Below are positions 35,046 to 37,663 of a stretch of 37,663 nucleotides of DNA, piece after piece. The DNA lies in assembly GCA_049472335.1 (NCBI GenBank), contig JBLIRO010000048.1, positions 1-37,663 on the forward strand. The letters run 5' to 3'. The notes under the pieces are model-generated. The model was not told the origin of the DNA. It saw nothing but the letters and a program-made list of their open reading frames with translations, and made no database searches. Within the stretch, counting starts at the first letter, position 1. Each line of letters starts with the position of its first letter. A program made the position numbers and the translations under genes. This stretch comes from a bacterium. Its GTDB lineage: Bacteria; SZUA-182; DTGQ01; JAFGSM01.

Positions 35046-35822
35046 TCAGCACACAAAATGATCAGGATATTTAGGGCCTTTGCCCACCGAAAACGCGCCC
35101 TTTATGACCCTCCGGGTATATTCCTGGGCCTTAAAGATTGCCTCGGAGATGGTTAAACCCTTGGCCAATCCTGCCGTTATGGCTGCAGAAAGAGTACAGC
35201 CTGTCCCGTGTACCTCACCGGATATACGTTCCATGGGTGCTATGATAAAGGTCTTGCCGTCGAAGAAAAGATCCTGAATCTGCCCCTCAAGATGTCCTCC
35301 CTTGATAAGGACAAAGCCCGGGCCCATGGCATGTATCCTCCTTGCAGCCTCTCTCATTAAGTCCAGGTCTTTGATATTAAGGCCTGTCAACATGCCTGCC
35401 TCATCCAGATTTGGAGTTACTATTGTTGCCAACGGAAAAAGCTCCTCCTTTAATACTTCAATCCCTTCCTCCTTAAGAAGGTCTCCGCCGGAGCTTGCAC
35501 TTAACAGGGGGTCGAGCACAAGGTTTTTCAGGTTTTTATTCCTTACAAGGCGAGCGATTTCCTTTATGATATCCCTTTGATATACCATACCTATCTTAAA
35601 GGCATTGATGCGGAAATCTTCTAAAAGGGATTCCAATTGAGAACTTATGAATAAAGGCGGCACTGGATGAACGCCCCGGATTCCTGATGAACTCTGGGCA
35701 GTCAGGCAGGTAATCACACTTAGTCCGTATACCCCCATAGCAGCAAAGGTCTTTAAGTCCGCCTGTATCCCTGCGCCACCTGTGGGGTCCGATCCCGCTA
35801 TGGTCAATGCGTAAGTGATCAT
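35046..35822 (-). CDS. thiD: hydroxymethylpyrimidine/phosphomethylpyrimidine kinase
   Basis: [49 protein letters not shown]. Confidence 0.96.
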   Translation of the reverse strand: MITYALTIAGSDPTGGAGIQADLKTFAAMGVYGLSVITCLTAQSSSGIRGVHPVPPLFISSQLESLLEDFRINAFKIGMVYQRDIIKEIARLVRNKNLKNLVLDPLLSASSGGDLLKEEGIEVLKEELFPLATIVTPNLDEAGMLTGLNIKDLDLMREAARRIHAMGPGFVLIKGGHLEGQIQDLFFDGKTFIIAPMERISGEVHGTGCTLSAAITAGLAKGLTISEAIFKAQEYTRRVIKGAFSVGKGPKYPDHFVC

Positions 35823-35863
35823 GGATACATATACAATTTGTTATTTAAGAAGTTTATCCTGCC

Positions 35864-36541
35864 TTAAAATCTATCCCTGGAATTTTTTAAAAGGAGCTCT
35901 TTTTTTAGCAGGGCCGCAGAATGAACAAGATCATCATGTCCGAAAACACCATTGCACACTGCAATCCTGGAGGCTCCGGCATTGACTACCCGCCCGATAT
36001 TGAACAGATCGATACCCCCGATGGCAAAATAAGGGATCCTCAGCTTTTCATTTAGGATGGTAAAGGATTCCGTGCCTATGGAAGGCCATCCCGACTTGGC
36101 AGGGGTTGAATAAACGGGTCCGAAACCAATATAGTCCACACCTTCGGACTCTGCCTGCAAGGCCTGCTCAACTGAATGTGTGGAAAGACCTATAATCTTG
36201 TCATTTTTCTGTCCCAGGATCCGCCTTGCCCATGAAGGCGGAAGGTCTTCCTGACCTAAATGTACTCCATCGGCGCCTGTTGCTATTGCCACATCCACCC
36301 TGTCATTGACAAGAAAGAGAGCCCCTTCAGCGTGTACCGCTTCGCATAGCCTGCTGCCAATCTTTATAAGCTCTCTGGTTTTTGCAGACTTGTTCCTGAA
36401 CTGGATGATGTCCGCCCCTGCCCTCACAGCCAGAACCACCATAGATATGAGGGCATCCGGATCGGTAATATCCGGTGGGGTGAGAAGATAAAGAAGGGAT
36501 TCAGAAAGGCTATTCACCTCTTGATTTTTTATCTTTTCCAT
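35864..36541 (-). CDS. thiE: thiamine phosphate synthase
   Basis: [50 protein letters not shown]. Likely ATG 36541. Confidence 0.95.
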   Translation of the reverse strand: MEKIKNQEVNSLSESLLYLLTPPDITDPDALISMVVLAVRAGADIIQFRNKSAKTRELIKIGSRLCEAVHAEGALFLVNDRVDVAIATGADGVHLGQEDLPPSWARRILGQKNDKIIGLSTHSVEQALQAESEGVDYIGFGPVYSTPAKSGWPSIGTESFTILNEKLRIPYFAIGGIDLFNIGRVVNAGASRIAVCNGVFGHDDLVHSAALLKKELLLKNSRDRF

Positions 36542-37663
36542 GAAGATATTCCTTAACAAGGCTTATGGCACAATACTCTCCGCACATAGAGCAGGTGGAC
36601 TGATCAATAGGCTGCCTTTCCTTTCTGAGCCTTTCAGCCAATTGAGGATCCAGGGAAAGCCTGATCTGTTCATTCCAATCCTGTGCCTTCCTCGCTTCGG
36701 AGAGTCTTCTGTCTAATTCTATGGCGCCCTTTATTCCTTTCGCGATGTCACCGGCATGGGCGGCAACCCGGGTAGCAATCACTCCTATACGCACATCTTC
36801 AGGTGTCGGGAGCCTTAGATGTTCCGAAGGCGTTACGTAGCATAGGAAATCCGCGCCCGCCTTTGCTGCGACAGCCCCGCCTATGGCGGCGGTAATATGA
36901 TCATATCCCGGGGCAATATCTGTCACAAGGGGACCAAGGACATAAAAGGGAGCGCCCTGACAGAGCTGCTTTTCCAAAAGAATATTGGCCTCTATCTGGT
37001 CAATGGGCACATGACCCGGGCCTTCTATCATGACCTGCACCCCAGCGTCCCATGCCCTCTGTGTAAGCTCCCCCAGGATGATCAGCTCCTGTATCTGGGC
37101 CCGGTCTGTAGCATCTGCAACAGAACCAGGTCTGAGTCCATCCCCAAGGCTCAGGGTGATATCATGGATGCGGGCAATCTCCAGGAGCCTGTCATAATGT
37201 TCAAAAAGGGGATTTTCCTTGTCATTATAGATCATCCATTCTACCAGAAAGGCCCCTCCCCTGCTGACCACATCCATCACCCTGCCCTGCCGGACCAGTC
37301 TTTGAAGGGCCTCTCTCGTAAGCCCGCTATGTACTGTCATGAAGTCTACGCCATCCCGCGCCTGTATCTCAATCACTTCAAAGATGGAATCAACGGTCAT
37401 GTTAACGACAGCCCCGGATTTCTGAACCGCTCTTATGGCTGCATTATATATAGGAACCGTACCTACTGGTATGGGCGAATTGGACAGGATGGTCCGCCTT
37501 GTTTTGTCTAAATCGCCACCCGTGCTCAGATCCATTATTGTATCAGCCCCGGCATCCACGGCAGCTTTCAGTTTAACCAGCTCCTCTTCCACATCCGGGC
37601 AGTCCTTTGAGGTGCCTATATTTGCATTGACCTTTGTCTTCAGATCCTTTCCGATACCTATGG
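36510..37663 (-). CDS. thiC: phosphomethylpyrimidine synthase ThiC (5' end outside the window)
   Basis: [67 protein letters not shown]. Directly upstream of thiE-thiD. Confidence 0.95.
   Translation of the reverse strand, partial: IGIGKDLKTKVNANIGTSKDCPDVEEELVKLKAAVDAGADTIMDLSTGGDLDKTRRTILSNSPIPVGTVPIYNAAIRAVQKSGAVVNMTVDSIFEVIEIQARDGVDFMTVHSGLTREALQRLVRQGRVMDVVSRGGAFLVEWMIYNDKENPLFEHYDRLLEIARIHDITLSLGDGLRPGSVADATDRAQIQELIILGELTQRAWDAGVQVMIEGPGHVPIDQIEANILLEKQLCQGAPFYVLGPLVTDIAPGYDHITAAIGGAVAAKAGADFLCYVTPSEHLRLPTPEDVRIGVIATRVAAHAGDIAKGIKGAIELDRRLSEARKAQDWNEQIRLSLDPQLAERLRKERQPIDQSTCSMCGEYCAISLVKEYLHGKDKKSRGE

Noticed and set aside
36897..37511. 204-aa plus-strand ORF, and the many other 60-150 aa track ORFs inside long genes
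   Set aside because: They are antisense or off-frame to well-supported genes and have no motifs or SDs.
35046..37663. TPP riboswitch for the thi operon; ThiC as a BzaA/B/F paralogue
   Set aside because: The 5' leader is outside the window, and the thiE-thiD context favours true ThiC.

Overview
A 37.7-kb, AT-rich chromosomal fragment from a diderm, probably anaerobic bacterium. The gene content looks Desulfobacterota/deltaproteobacteria-like, which is an inference. Housekeeping genes are the 3' part of serA, mnmG, a TIGR01212 radical SAM gene, glgA, ubiE/menG, lsrF, a Zn-dependent dehydrogenase, a KamA-family aminomutase, pcnB, an HDAC-family deacetylase, a flavodoxin-like protein, a half-size TauE and thiC(partial)-thiE-thiD. 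These alternate with accessory, envelope-related loci. Main results: (1) a four-gene minus-strand operon (FadL-type barrel, TPR/Ig/CsgG-like lipoprotein, small unknown protein, and a membrane-anchored class III cyclase + CHAT caspase-like protease + TPR/CsgG-like protein) that reads as a trans-envelope signalling system, with non-adenylate specificity residues in the cyclase; (2) a secreted DUF1573 protein split in the ORF track by an in-frame TGA in a G-U-G-C motif and followed by a SECIS-like hairpin, so a probable selenoprotein; (3) a secreted (GMY)n low-complexity protein; (4) a sigma54-promoter-driven three-gene cassette of unknown function bracketed by two decayed, directly repeated MNT nucleotidyltransferase fragments, next to an orphan MNT and a HEPN relic; (5) an orphan PEP-CTERM tail and a large beta-propeller protein ending in a CFI-box motif. 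I saw no rRNA, tRNA, CRISPR array or intact transposase. All family calls come from motif recognition by eye; no database searches were run.
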